In this document: positions 36,538 to 49,419 of the stretch, in pieces
Layout of the letters: each line of letters opens with the position of its first letter
Numbering within the stretch: position 1 is the first letter of the stretch
Origin: Octopus vulgaris
Taxonomy: Eukaryota
DNA: 64,000 nucleotides
Reading direction: 5' to 3'
Assembly: GCA_951406725.2 (NCBI GenBank)
Contig: OX597817.1
Location: 136,958,001-137,022,000, forward strand
Position numbers and translations under genes: made by a program
Notes under the pieces: generated by a model
The model's input: the letters and a program-made list of their open reading frames with translations, nothing else
The model's database searches: none
What the model was told of the DNA's origin: nothing

Positions 36538-37649
36538 CAGGATGTCCCGAAAGAAAGACAACCGAAGTTTCGGGCTTTAATTACTATCAATAAATGTGAT
36601 ATGAAAATTATACATCATTATAAAAGCTTAGTACGTCGTCTTTTTTGTTTCAGGCTAAATAAATTCAGATTTATAAATTATATAATGGCTATCGACTCTC
36701 CACAAAGGGGACGAAAGTAGTACAGCTATAACAGAAAAGCTTAAAATCAACCGAACAATAGTCTGGAAAATTGTCGAGAAATTTCAAGAGACTGGTTCCA
36801 CCGCTGATTGACCTGGACATGGCCAAAAAGGAAGTGTGCAGACCCCCCAGCTTACCAAAGTACCAGAGAAAAGATACAGCGAAATTCTCATCGTTCCCTC
36901 AGAAAACTGGCTCCCAGAGCAAAAATAAGCTAATCATCGATGTATCGGGTGCTGAAGGAGAATCTCAGGACTCAGCCCTACAAGCTGATCCGCCATCATG
37001 AGCTCATGCAAGTTCATAAAGCTATGAGACTGGAGAGAAGTTGTCTTATCTTGAGTCAGATTGCGGAAGGCACGCTACCTAAACCGGTTTTCACTGATGA
37101 AAAGTAATTTGATATTGAGCAAACAGGGAACCACCAGAATGACCGACTTTGGAGTGTGTCTGGCTCCGCCGAGAGTAGACTCGTAAATCAACGTCAAAAT
37201 CCACTGTCAGTTATGGTTTGGGTGGCTGTGACAACCACTGGAACATCTCGGGAGTTAAAATTAACACCCAGCGATACATTAACGGTATTCTGGAAGCCGA
37301 ACTGCTTCCATAGGCGAATGAACACTTTCAAGGTGCACATTGGAACCGCCAATAGAAATCAGCACCACCCCACAGCCCCAAACACTGGCTTCAGCAAAAC
37401 ATTCCATCGTTCATAGGCAAGGATGTATGGCCCTCAAAAAGCCCCTATCTCAACCTGTTGGATTTTTCTGTTTGGTTCATTTTGGAGATGAGGGTCTCGA
37501 GAATTTCACATACTTCGCTCGACGCTCTGAAATCAAACCTACGCCAGGTATGGGCTTCGATTTCGCAAGAACAGCTGCGTGCCGTGTGTGAAGCATTCGT
37601 ACCTAGACTTAAGGCTGTGATTCGAAACAGAGGTGGTCATATCAAATAA
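36538..37649 (+). mobile_element. Decayed maT/DD37D-like Tc1/mariner transposon
   Basis: TA|CAGGATGTCCC terminus; VFTDEK, NHQNDR, SVMVW, WPSKSPYLNLLDFSVW, RLKAVIRNRGGHIK*. No right TIR found. Confidence 0.8.
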
Positions 37650-37709
37650 ATGTGGTAGGATCATAATTGTGTTTCCTTTATCATTGCATTGCCACTCTCG
37701 GACCCGAAA

Positions 37710-38546
37710 TACGACGGATACCCAAAAGTAACCGGAAACGTTATCTGTGGGACACACCCGTTTGTAGTTCTGGCTTCTGGTGCTAGAAGGCACTTGGTGC
37801 AACCCTCAGGCATCAGTCTGACGACCGGTGTTGTTCAGCAGAGTCATACTGCCTCGCGGTGCGTCTTTGTTTTGCAGTGTTTCTCCCCTGTTTGTCGATT
37901 TTCGCGATAGGTGAAACGAAGGAAAATTGTTTTCTGCTGAGGGAAAGGGCGGCCGAAACAGTTATCATGCTTCAAGCAGCTTACAAGGAGGCTGCCCTGA
38001 GCAAAACACAAGTTTACGAATGGTCACTTGTCGCTTGAGGACCAACCTCTTTCACGGCGAACGTCGACCTTCTGAACAAAAAGCATCATGAAAAGTCGTG
38101 AAGAACGGACAAACTTTTTGATATGACTGGTGTGACCTGGAGCTTTTGTCAGCGAATTTTGAGCGAGGAATTGCAAATGAAAAGAGTTGCAGCAAAAATT
38201 GTGCCTCGCTTGGTCGTGGAAGATCAAAAACAGTCACGACTGAATGCATGCCATGAACTGGAAGAACAGTTGGAAGCTGATTCGGACCTTTTTTCGAAAG
38301 TCATCACTGGTGACGAAAACTGATGCTACGGAATTTGCAGATGTGGAAGAGGTAAGAAAAAAACCCCGATAGAGGCGTTAAAAGGCATCACTTTGCAAAA
38401 CTTCCAGCACTGCTTCGAGCAGAGGAAAACGCGTTTAAACCGATGCATTGCTTCAAATGGAGAATACTTTGAAGGTGATAAAAGTGTAAACTTATAAAAC
38501 TAAGTGAATAAAATAATACTGCAAAAAATTTGGGTAGCTCCTCGTA
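37710..38546 (+). mobile_element. Internally deleted mariner element
   Basis: TIRs 'tacgacggatacccaaaa' and 'tttgggtagctcctcgta'. Protein remnants ALSKTQVYEW, MKRVAAKIVPRL, VITGDE and RCIASNGEYFE. Confidence 0.85.
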
Positions 38547-40187
38547 TAAATATATTTTGCTTGAGTACTTCTCTAATTTGGGGTCTGACAAAGATAACCT
38601 CTTTCAACTTCGCCTGTGTGATTTTGGGAAACTTTTCTACAATATACTCAAACCCTCTGGCATTTCTCTTCCCCAGTGTCTTTACAAACAGTTTCATCAA
38701 TCCAAGCTTTATATGCAAAGGAAGCAAAAGGACATTACATGGATCTACAAGACAGTCCTGCTAGACAGTCCTGGCTGGTATGATGTTCTTGTCTGCCAGT
38801 TTGATTACGAATAATATCTGTCAGTTGCTTGACTCTCCCATAGACACAAGAAACAACAGTATTTTGTGAAGCCTGACTGCATTCCCGTTAACATTCCAAT
38901 GACTTTTAAATCTCCACAGGCAATGGCATGAAATAAAAGTTCAATATTCCACATATGATTCATGAAGACGAACGGAGTGCGCAATAAGAATGGAGGACTT
39001 TAAATTACCATTATGGAAAAGTACAGCTTTTAAACTTCGTTTTGAAGAATTAATAAACAAATGCAACTCTACAGGATCATGATTTTGTGATAAACATTTG
39101 AAAAATTAATCGATGTTACTGCAAAAGCAAATCGGGCCTTCAACAGAAAAACACATTTGTAGAACAAAATTTCTCTGCCGAAAATAAGTTTTATGAACAC
39201 CGTGCTCTAGCAGATATTCCTCCTTCAGTCTTGAAGCCAACAGTTCTGCTTTATCTTTTGAGAGGGATAGATCTCTGACAGGGTCATTCAGTTCAGCTTG
39301 GGAAAATTTCTGAGGTTTAAAGCTATCGTCATCAACCATGTAATCTTCCTCAGCAGCACTATCGTGACAGCCAGCACCATCATCTGATGTTTCAATACCA
39401 TCATCTGGTTGAAATGGAATTGGCAGTCTTCCATTATGAGGTACAAGCCTCATGGCAGAATCCAAATTGGGATACACAATTTTGTGTTTATTCTTCATAG
39501 AAAATCCTGTGACATTTACTTTGCAAAAATACCAGTCATTAAAATGGTCTCTCGGCTCCCTCTATATCATTTGAATGGCAAAAAGCATGGACTTATTATT
39601 ATTGAATCAGTTACGTAAGCCATCTGAGCAAGCTGAGCAGATAAAATGAGGTGCCCATAAGTTGTCCTGGTCTCCAAGAAGGCAGTCAAAGTATAGCTTA
39701 TAAATCTTCTTGATATCTGGTGTTATTGTAAATTTTTTTTACTTTTAAAAAGAAATTGTCCACAGACATAACAAAACACATCAGGACAACTTGTAGACTC
39801 TCTTGACATTGTTAACATTGTAAAACAAGTAAAGGAAATAGATACAAACGGTTAATTATGAGCGGACAATTTGAGATGTTAGAAAACATATTTATAAGAC
39901 AAAACTTGACTGGTTAACTTAAGATGATGAAATATTGCATCTGAACTATGCAGCAATGAATAATGTAGTTTATTTTAAAGGTATGTTTCCATAATTAAAT
40001 GAAATACATGCATACACGTCATTAATTGGCTGGAATTTCTATATAATGCATGGATTAAAAGAAACAAAACTTTCTCGTCTTGAAAACTACGTGATGTCAA
40101 AAAACTAATTGTATATTTGAAATCAGCATTAAAAACTACACTAAGTATACCTTGACATCTGCTTGATGAAAAATACTTGACCAGGTG
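38547..40187 (-). mobile_element. Chapaev3-like (CMC) DNA transposon, 3'-truncated transposase pseudogene
   Basis: CPDVFCYVCG, IVYPNLDSAMR, LSLSKDKAELLASRLKE, GFTKYCCFLCLW and LPLHIKLGLMK. 5' end TTA|CAC. Family assignment is from recalled motifs. Confidence 0.75.
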
Positions 40188-40506
40188 TAATAAAGGATGG
40201 ATTCTCCCGTCGAAGATGACGGATGAGAGCATTCAGCTTTTGCCGAAAATCCTGCACAGAAATGATTTGTTTATTGTGATTAAATGTTCGTGTCGCACAT
40301 TAGCTTACCCCATCCATCAAATCAAACAGGTACACGATGTAATCAAACGGGTACATGGTGTAACCACGTGTCATATATCGAAGTGAACGCAGAGCAATGC
40401 GAGATGAAGTGTTTTGCTCAAGGAAATAATGCACCAGCCGATCTAAGAATTGAAATCACTATCTAGAGATCGTGAGTGTAACACCGTAACCACTAAGCTA
40501 TGCGCC

Positions 40507-40545
<39 letters not shown>

Positions 40546-40659
40546 TGCAAGAAAATTGCCATACTGTTTTTGCTTGGATGTCTTTTCCAGACAATGTTTA
40601 TAACGGCTGATTGCATGTTGGTGTGAGTGCCACCAAACGGTGGTTCCAGATATTTGGGA

Positions 40660-40802
40660 AGTGTCCAACAAATGGCCAACCACATTTGCAACCGTTGCAG
40701 CCGTGACTGTCACTCGCACATTGGCTTTGTCAGTCACAAGCGATGCTGCAGCACCAATCCAAGGCGTAGATCCATAGTCTTTCGAGACTAATGGATGCCA
40801 AT
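40660..40802 (+). mobile_element. 3' end of an RTE-clade LINE (terminal C2H2-like finger plus tail)
   Basis: HICNRCSRDCHSHIGFVSHKRC followed by 'ccatagtctttcgagactaatggatgcc'. Confidence 0.65.
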
Positions 40803-42597
40803 CACACACACATACACACACTTGTTTTATAGGTGAAGAAGTGCTGTCAAAGGCATTCCATCTACCCAGTTCGCGCGCTCACACATATAGCTAATACTGT
40901 AAGCTAAACAATACTTCATGTAAACTATAAAGTTATTTGTTTTATCAGAATAAAAAATACTGGGGACGGTTCTCGAATCTACTGATAACTTTTTGGAATG
41001 GAATGTAGACTTGTTTTAAGACAACGAGTGAATGTTTCCATTAAGTTGACAAAATAACCCGAACTAGCATATTTAAGTGGTCTGACTGTTCCTCTAAACA
41101 AGTAACCTCAGAATTTACATATGCATAGTGAGAGAGAGGGGGAGAGGGAGAAGAACAGAGAGAGAGAGAAAGAGTGAGAGGAAAGAGAGAAACAGACATA
41201 GAGAATGGTAGTCTGCGTGCCGTAAAATTTAAAGATATACGTGAACTAAAATTTTTTAAAATTGAAATGTTAACTTTATTTACATTGGATATCATTGCGG
41301 AACAAGCATAGAAATACTTTCACAAGAAAGAGTTTTACATACGGCACACCATTATTGTGATTATATGAATGAAAAGTTTAAAATGAATCGTTCTTGTAAT
41401 AAGACCGACCACTAACAATGTAGCACTGGCTCGTAGGTATTTCCCGAATCCTAGACCACGTAACAAACTCCCTAAGAAAACAATGTGAATCACTCAAACG
41501 CATGAAGTCAGAGGGTTACAAATCGCAACGGCTGAGGGCAGAGTTCATAGTGGATGGTGAGGGTTTAGTTGGTTACTGAGAGTCGAGGCTCTGAAGAGAA
41601 CTTTGAGACTAAGGTTTAAGAGAATTTCGCTCTACCCATCTATACATATACAGATGCGCATTTTCGTTTCACAAACTAGACAAAGAGTACTCAATACTTC
41701 CGCTAGAGTCTATCCAGTTATTTAGATTATGCAACGCACTCACATGTCCACATACGCGCAACCATTTATACATTGCATGCATTCTTTAGCTGTCCACCAT
41801 TAAGAAAGGGTGGGGGGGAGGGGGGGTGTAAGGAGGTGTTGGTGATAAGTGTTCGGTGCCAGCTGTTGCTAGAATTGGTTGGCATCAGTTGAAATGCAAT
41901 ATATCAAGGAAATTGTCCCAACATCCGGCAACACAATGAACAACAACCAAAGAACAAATCGCCTCAGCAGATAATTACTAAATCTTTAGTCGATCACTTT
42001 GAAACGAGCTTCGATTTTTGCACCACGCTTAGTTTTCTTCTTTCTTTTTCTTTCTCATTGTGTGTGTGCGCGCGTGCGCAAGGGTAACGAATATGTTTTT
42101 TTCTTAAGTTTTACTCTTTGTCCCTCGCAAACTCTCTCACACACACACATTCTCATACCTTCATTCATAGTAATAGATTGGCAGGTGTATGTGTGTGTGT
42201 GTGTGTGTATATATACACACATTTTAAACAAAGTCCACCTCTTCCTTCTTTCATGCTTCCTCTCCGGTTTGTTTTTATTTACTGTTCACCTTTCCATTTA
42301 CCACAAACATCGTTCTCTCTTACAGTCTTCATCTCATTTCCTTCCTCTTCTTCTCCCTCCCTACATCCACCTCACTAATTTATCCCCCCGCCTCCCTCTA
42401 ATGAAATAACTTGAGTATTTCTGTTTCAAGACAGAATAGAGAAATCGTTTATCTCTCTCTCTCTCTCTCTCTCCTTTTTCCATCTCCATGATCCACATTA
42501 ATACATTGTCATTATATTGTCACACACACATTTTCTTTATCTCGTCATACACCCTCCCTCATTTCTACACACATTCACTGCTTTCCCTCCACGCATC

Positions 42598-42663
<66 letters not shown>

Positions 42664-43597
42664 TAGATAGAGAGAGAGAGAGAGAGAGGCTTGCATGCGC
42701 GCTCATCCAACCACCTATCCAACTTTACTTCTCTAATCTCTTCACCGATTTACGTGGATTTAACCAAATCTACTTCCTTTCCACGCAGTCCAGTTCTAAC
42801 ACCCCATCTACCCCGGTATCTTCATTGCTGCTTTCATACGCTTCTTATTGTCTTTTCTTTGCAACTCACTTCTATCCCACCCGCCGACCCATCCCCATGT
42901 TCAAACCCCCTCTCGTTTTTTCCTTCTTACCTTTCGTTCGTCCATCGAAGCCTAAAAATCACTTTGCACAGCAACAATTACTTAAACTTTAGCCAGTTCG
43001 ATCCGATAACCCACCCTCCCCCATAATTGATTTCTGTCTTAATTCAGCTGTCTTTACAGCACCGGCTGTTTCTTTCCTTATTATATCAACTACGAGACTC
43101 CGCCTTCCATTGTATGCGTGTACACATACACACACACACATTTAAACACACCTCCAGCCAACGAGTCTACATTGTTCATATCAACAATACCCACCACCAC
43201 CACAACAACAACAGCAACAACTACTGCAACTACTACTACTACTACTACTACTTTCACCATTATTACCATCACCACCACCATACCTACTACCTCTGACAGA
43301 CTCCTATGAGGTCGTTATTCCTGCAAAAAATAGTGCAGATTCGCCCTACAAAAAGTAACTTATCACTTTGAAAAAGAACACATTAATATAGTCCATGATG
43401 CATTGTGCCTGAAAAAAGTTAAGAAATGATCATGAGTGGAACCCCTTTTATCCTAAATGTATTAATCAAGACTAACCTAAGGTTAAACAACAACTAGAGT
43501 CCGGCGAAACACCATCGACGTCAACAACATGACCAGTGGCACATCCAACAACTTCTTTACCGTCAGCAACTAATTATTACTAACACGACTACGGAAA

Positions 43598-44122
43598 GCC
43601 GGACGAGAGAAGGCCGGACGAGAAAAGGCCGGACGAGAAATGGCCGGACGAGAAATGGCCGGACGAGAGAAGGCCGGACGAGAGAAGGCCGGACGAGAAA
43701 TGGTCGGACGAGAAATGGCCGGACGAGAAATGGCCGGACGAGAAATGGCCGGACGAGAAATGGCCGGACGAGAGAAGACCGGACGAGAGAAGACCGGACG
43801 AGAGAAGGCCGGACGAGAGAAGGCCGGACGAGAGAAGGCCGGACGAGAGAAGACCGGACGAGAGAAGACCGGACGAGAGAAGACCGGACGAGAGAAGACC
43901 GGACGAGAGAAGACCGGAACGAGAGAAGACCGGACGAGAGAAGACCGGACGAGAGAAGACCGAACGAGAGAAGACCGGACGAGAGAAGACCGAACGAGAG
44001 AAGACCGGACGAGAGAAGACCGGACGAGAGAAGACCGGACGAGAGAAGACCGGACGAGAGAAGACCGGACGAGAGAGGGCCGAACGAGAGTGGGCCGGAC
44101 GAGAGTGGGCCGGACGAGAGAA
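43598..44122. repeat. GC-rich 15-bp minisatellite, about 35 units (GGCCGGACGAGAGAA and variants)
   Basis: Directly visible; it generates the spurious AGREK/SRPAF ORFs. Confidence 0.97.
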
Positions 44123-44924
44123 GGAAAACCGATTTTCAAATGACCTAAAAGTCTGAATTTCGTAAGCTTTTTAAACCGAATGCTCAAAAGACCAACTTTT
44201 GAAATAGTTTGGGAGAAAATGATGTGGAAACGGTCTTATGAAACATTTATGGTTCTTACTAGAAGTTTATTATAAAATTTTTAGTTTTATGCTATATCAG
44301 AATAGCAAAGACGAGTTATGATTTGCATATTTATTTACATAATAATTCTAATTTTGGTACAAGGCCAACCAGATTCTTTGAACATGTGTAGCAAGCTGTA
44401 GTTTCTGTTTCTTTGTTAAATAATTTTTTAAGAATAGACGGGAAAACGTTTGAAGAGCGAAGATCGTAAATTTGTGGAAAAGTATAAAAACTTAGCGTTA
44501 GGTTAAGGATTCATGTTTAAAGGTTATATAAAATTTTAATTGCATTTCATTAAATTTCCCCATCTTTATCAATTTCATCTTATTTCGTTAAATTCTGTTC
44601 ATTTCATCATGTTTCCGTAATACTTTCATTTGGAAATTGCGACTTCCTGTATGCCGGCAATGGAAGTTTCCGATTGACCAAAATTTCAAAAGTCTTGTGA
44701 CTCTTTCATTATTAATTTCTAGAGAAAGTGAATGCAATTTTTGTCACCAGCATACATTGATGGAATTCAGACTGTGGGAAGCGTTTTAAATATATAACCC
44801 CTTCCACTCCTAAAACTGACGGCCTTGTGCCACAATTTGAAAACTCTTCTTCTTAGTATTATTGTTAACAACTGAATATGCTCGCTATATTTTGATTACT
44901 TTTATCATTTTGATATAGCCTAAA

Positions 44925-45322
44925 GCGGCGAGCTGGCAGAAAGATTAGCATACCGAGCGAAATGCTTTGCAGTATTTCGTCTGTCTTTGCATTCTGAGTT
45001 CAAATTCCGCCGAGGTTGACTTTGCCTTTCATCCTTTCGGGGTCAATAAATTAAGTTGCGTACTGGGGTCGATCTAATCGACTGGCTCCCCCCAAAAAAT
45101 TTTACGCCTTGTGCCTAGAGTAGAAATGAATCGTTAGCATGCCGGAAAAATGCTTAGCAGAATTTCTTCCGACTTTACGTTCTGATTTTAAATTCCGCCG
45201 AAATCGCCTTTGCCTTTCATCCTTTTGGGGTCGATAAAATAAATATCAGTTGAGCACTGGGGTCGATGTAATCGTGTAGTCACCTACCCCCAAATTTCAG
45301 GCCTAGTGCCTATTGTAGAAAT
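44925..45322 (+). mobile_element. Tandem Nin-like tRNA SINEs
   Basis: Two head-to-tail cores, flanked by 'gatatagcctaaa' and 'gatatagcataaa'. Confidence 0.82.
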
Positions 45323-45636
45323 AGTTACTTCGATATAGCATAAAAGAAAGTAAATGCTATGTTTTTCGAATAAACTCCGTTTTAAAACTAAATGTTCTTT
45401 TTAAGGTTTGTTTTCATATTTTTCTCTAAAATATTTCAAAATTTGGTATTGTAAGCATTCCACCTTTCAAGATTTCGGTTTTGTGATTTTCAGGATGCAC
45501 GTAATTCGGCATTCTTCTTACTTTCAGCCTTATGACTTCACCACCAAGACCATCACTATTATTTCCAAGATGACTATTCGACCTTGCCTTCTCTTGTTAC
45601 CAATAAATGTATTAAAAAGACTAACAACCCTCTCGC

Positions 45637-45761
45637 TTAACCCTTTGAGCTCTGACCTCCTGAACCTTATTTTACCATATACCTGGCACTCTACCGGTGC
45701 TACGGTATAGAGAAAAATAAGCCGTCCACCGGTAAGCCGGTGTTACAGGCTCAAAGGATAA
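45637..45761. mobile_element. piggyBac-type MITE remnant
   Basis: TTAA|CCCTTTGAGC ... GCTCAAAGG|ATAA. Confidence 0.45.
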
Positions 45762-48059
45762 AATTAGGTAAGTACAGGCAGTGTTCGCTGCTACAGGGGA
45801 CAAAAACATCGTATAATACAAAGTGGCGCCATGCTGAACTCAAACTTTCTCGTTACAAAACCCATGTAGTAGTTTTTACCTCCGGGTCAACCTTGATCAG
45901 ACATTTTAATGTTTAATAAGAGTCTAACCATGACCAGCCATGGGTGTTTAGAGCCAGCATATGTCATTGAAGAAAGAGGGCGTTGTTGCAAGAACAATAA
46001 TAGTCAAAACCATATTAAAACATCTCCGCCTTCGACCAACCCCCAGGACATGTATTTTGCTCCCCATTTGCTTCCCTCGTCACACAATAACATTATATCA
46101 ACGGCAAGAAAGTTTTGCTTTGAAATATCATTGGAGGAAAGTTTCTACAAAAGGCGGTCCTTATGGAAGAAGCGCAACTTGTTGCTTAAATATCTTCGGT
46201 TTAAAAACAGCTTTAAATAGACAAGATGCTGAATGTGAGAGATATGCAAATCTTGGCAAACAGAATCCAAGTGGAAAATGAAGACAAAAGATTAAAATAA
46301 AAGACAAACGAATAATTCTAAGACAGGGAAATAATTTTGCTTGTCAACATGGAAGGTTCCAGAAAAAGATAGTCTTTCAGAATTTATTTTTGCCATATGT
46401 TGCCACAGCATTATCCTGTATTAACAATGGAGATTTACACTTGTCGCTTGTGTGTGTGTGAGTGCGTGTGTGTGTGTAAAGTAGGAGTATATGTTTATAG
46501 GCGTGTGTGCGTGTAACTGGGTTTGTCGATTTGCACATGTATACGTACACTTGCATAAAACTACAGAAACACACACACGTAAACATATATGCATACATAG
46601 ACAGGTTGCTGTAATTTAAGGCTGTGTACAGTTGCATATTAACTGTATTTCTGTTTGCTCAATATGAATGTATATTGCATTGCAGATGAAGTTCGTAGCA
46701 TCTGGGTCATTCATTCTATGCCTACAGCAGAGAGGAGGTGTAATTATTGAGTTGTGCACCAGATGGCGTATTGGTCTCTCTCTGTCCATTGCTACGTTTA
46801 TTAAGCTGAATGCTAAAACAATAAACTAATAGAGAAATAATTTAGCAGATCCAGGAAAGTAAGCTGGTGAGATATAAAAAATATTTACTCGCCATTTAAA
46901 CTTTTCCCTTTCATTATCATCACAAACAGTCGACCACCACCACCGTTTCATTATCACTACCACCGGCGCCATCATCATCACCCACATCTTCCTTTCATGG
47001 TCACATAATTAAATACTACGCAGACCAATGAAGAAGCCTGTATGTGGCCGCGCAAGCTACAACAAATAACAGGCAACTCGCCCTCAGAGCACACCCTGAC
47101 GTCTTAAAGATATGAACGATGCATCAAATAATGGAGTCCTAGACGAACTAGCTTTTAAAATAAAATGGGTTGGTCACAGTTTTAATTTTACTCGGTCAGA
47201 TCAGACCCTGGGCAAAACGACTGCAATCTGACCGACCCTGCCCACAGAAGTAACCAGGAACTCTCTTATAATGTCAACCATGGTTGGGAGGCGAAAATGT
47301 TTTACTTTGCTACAACATGGTTTGTGTGTGCGTGTGTGAGCGTGTGTGTGTGTGTGTGAGCGTGTGTATGTGTGTGTGTGTGTGCCTGTGTGTGAGCTTG
47401 TGTGTGTGTGTATGTGTGTGTGTGAGCCTGTGTGTGTGTGTGTGTGAGCTTGTGTGTGTGTGTATGTGTGTGTGTGTGTGAGCCTGTGTGTGTGTGTGTG
47501 TGCGCGCGCGCTCACAGTTTTATTCTTACCGGATAAATATAACAATGCTGAGGATTATCATGCTTCAAAAGGATCATTCAGGTAAAACTGCCGTCTTTAT
47601 TCTACAGAACCGTCATTAAACCCGTGGTTAGTTCTTGGGGGGGGGGGGGGACGCAAAAACTGAGTTAAAATTAACAAAACCAAAATGAAAAAGACTTCCA
47701 ACCCTACTTTCTCCTTCATTAAACGGGTTCTGAGCCTGAAGTATTTGGTAGATAAAACAAGCTAACCTAGCAAATTGTGTGACAAAGGGTGGGACATCCT
47801 TACCTCTGTCCCTTATATATTCGTATCTCAAAGCCAAAGAAACCTTTCTAATTCCAGTGAAAAAGCAAAAACAAAAATACAATTGCATCAGTTGTAGCAA
47901 ATGTGCGAAAAAATCTCTTTTTCAGTCGGTGGCTGAGTGCACCATGTTGTATGCAGAGTATAGACAAACGAGTCCGAGGTAGGAAAGTAAGCCAAGATGA
48001 AAGGTTGCGCAGTGAAAAAGGTAGCGCAAGATTGGACGACGTGGAACCAGAGAACAGGA

Positions 48060-49345
48060 GCGTAGAAGAAGAAAATTAGTGCAATAAACGAGTACAGAAG
48101 ATTTAGTGCAATGTAGGTGGTACTGAAGCAATGCGATACAGTCACAACGGAAACTTCAGTGCAGCACAGTCGGTAGAGAAACTTTAGGCAGAGAAATACT
48201 GTAGAGAAATACAGGCAGAAACAATATTTTACAATGCAATTGCTGTAGAAAATTTAGTGAAATAAAGTCAGTAAACAAATAATAGTGTATTAGAGTCGGT
48301 ACAGAATTTCAGTATAAGCAGTCAATGCAGATTGTTGAGAAAATTCATTGCAATAGAATTGATAAAGAAACAGTGGTGCAAGAGAGTGAATAGAGAAACT
48401 TTAGAACAAACCATTCAATAGAAAAATTCCAGTGCAATACAATCGGTATAAAAGTCTGTTTGCAGAAGAGTCGGTGGAGAAAATTTTGTGAAATAAAGTT
48501 GAGGGAGGAAATTTTAGCGCAATAAATTGGCAAAGAAACTCTATAGCATCGGAGTCGGTAGAAAAACTTTGGAACAAAATATTCAGTAGAGAATCATTAG
48601 TGGAATAGGAACAGTAACGAAACTTAAGTGCGATAACAGTAGGAACTGAAGTTTCGTATATATAGTCATTAGAGAAAATTTTGGACATTTCGCCAGAGAA
48701 ATTTCCGTTCAATACCGCCAGTAGTAAAGTTTAATAAAAGCGGAAATTCTGTACAATAGAGTCAAGATGGAATATAGTATGATTCAGTCAAGACAAAATC
48801 GTTCATTTCATAGAGTCAGCTGAAAGACTTGAGTACAATAAAGTCACTTGAAAAACTGTAGTGCAATACTGACATTAGAGGAATTTCGTAAATGCAGTCG
48901 TTAGATAAAATTTAATGCAATACATTCAATAGATAAACTTCAATGCAAAGCAGACGGTAGAAGTTGGTGAAATACAGATGATAGGGATGACTAAGTACAA
49001 TATAGTCGGTAGAGAACTGTGGAAAAGAGTCGATACAGAAACTTGTGCAGAGTTCGCAGAGAGAATTTAGTGATACATACAGTCGATACATAAAGTGTAG
49101 AGAAAATATTGTGCAATACAATCGCCAATGCAACACATTCAGTAGAAGAAGATTAGAACAGAAACTTTTGGGGCAATAGAGAGAAAGAAAATTTGGGGCA
49201 ACGAATTTGCTTGAGAAATTATATTGCTATTGTTAGAGAAGTTTTGGTGTCACAGACTGAAGAAAATCTTAAGTGAATCACAATCAAGACAGAAAAATTA
49301 TTGCAATTCATTCGGTAGGGCAACTTTAGGGAAATTCAATCGCTA
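48060..49345. repeat. Highly diverged 28-bp tandem repeat
   Basis: Consensus approximately GTAGAGAAATTTTAGTGCAATAGAGTCG. The motif recurs at 48443, 48471, 48499, 48527, 48555 and 48583. Confidence 0.8.
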
Positions 49346-49419
49346 GAACTCCGAGGCCCATAAGCTTGCTTCATAAGATGGTAGAGCTTGTTGCTGTCAT
49401 TTGCATCAGCATCAAGTAG

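Noticed and set aside
41826-41890. Short hairpin as a miRNA candidate
   Set aside because: Only about 11 bp with many G-U pairs; too short for a pre-miRNA.
43570-44187. Repetitive ORFs (AGREK/SRPAF), and a possible CRISPR-like array
   Set aside because: A 15-bp tandem minisatellite with no spacers; the frame shifts mid-array.
48060-49345. CRISPR-like periodicity
   Set aside because: No constant repeat alternating with unique spacers, no cas genes, and a eukaryotic context.
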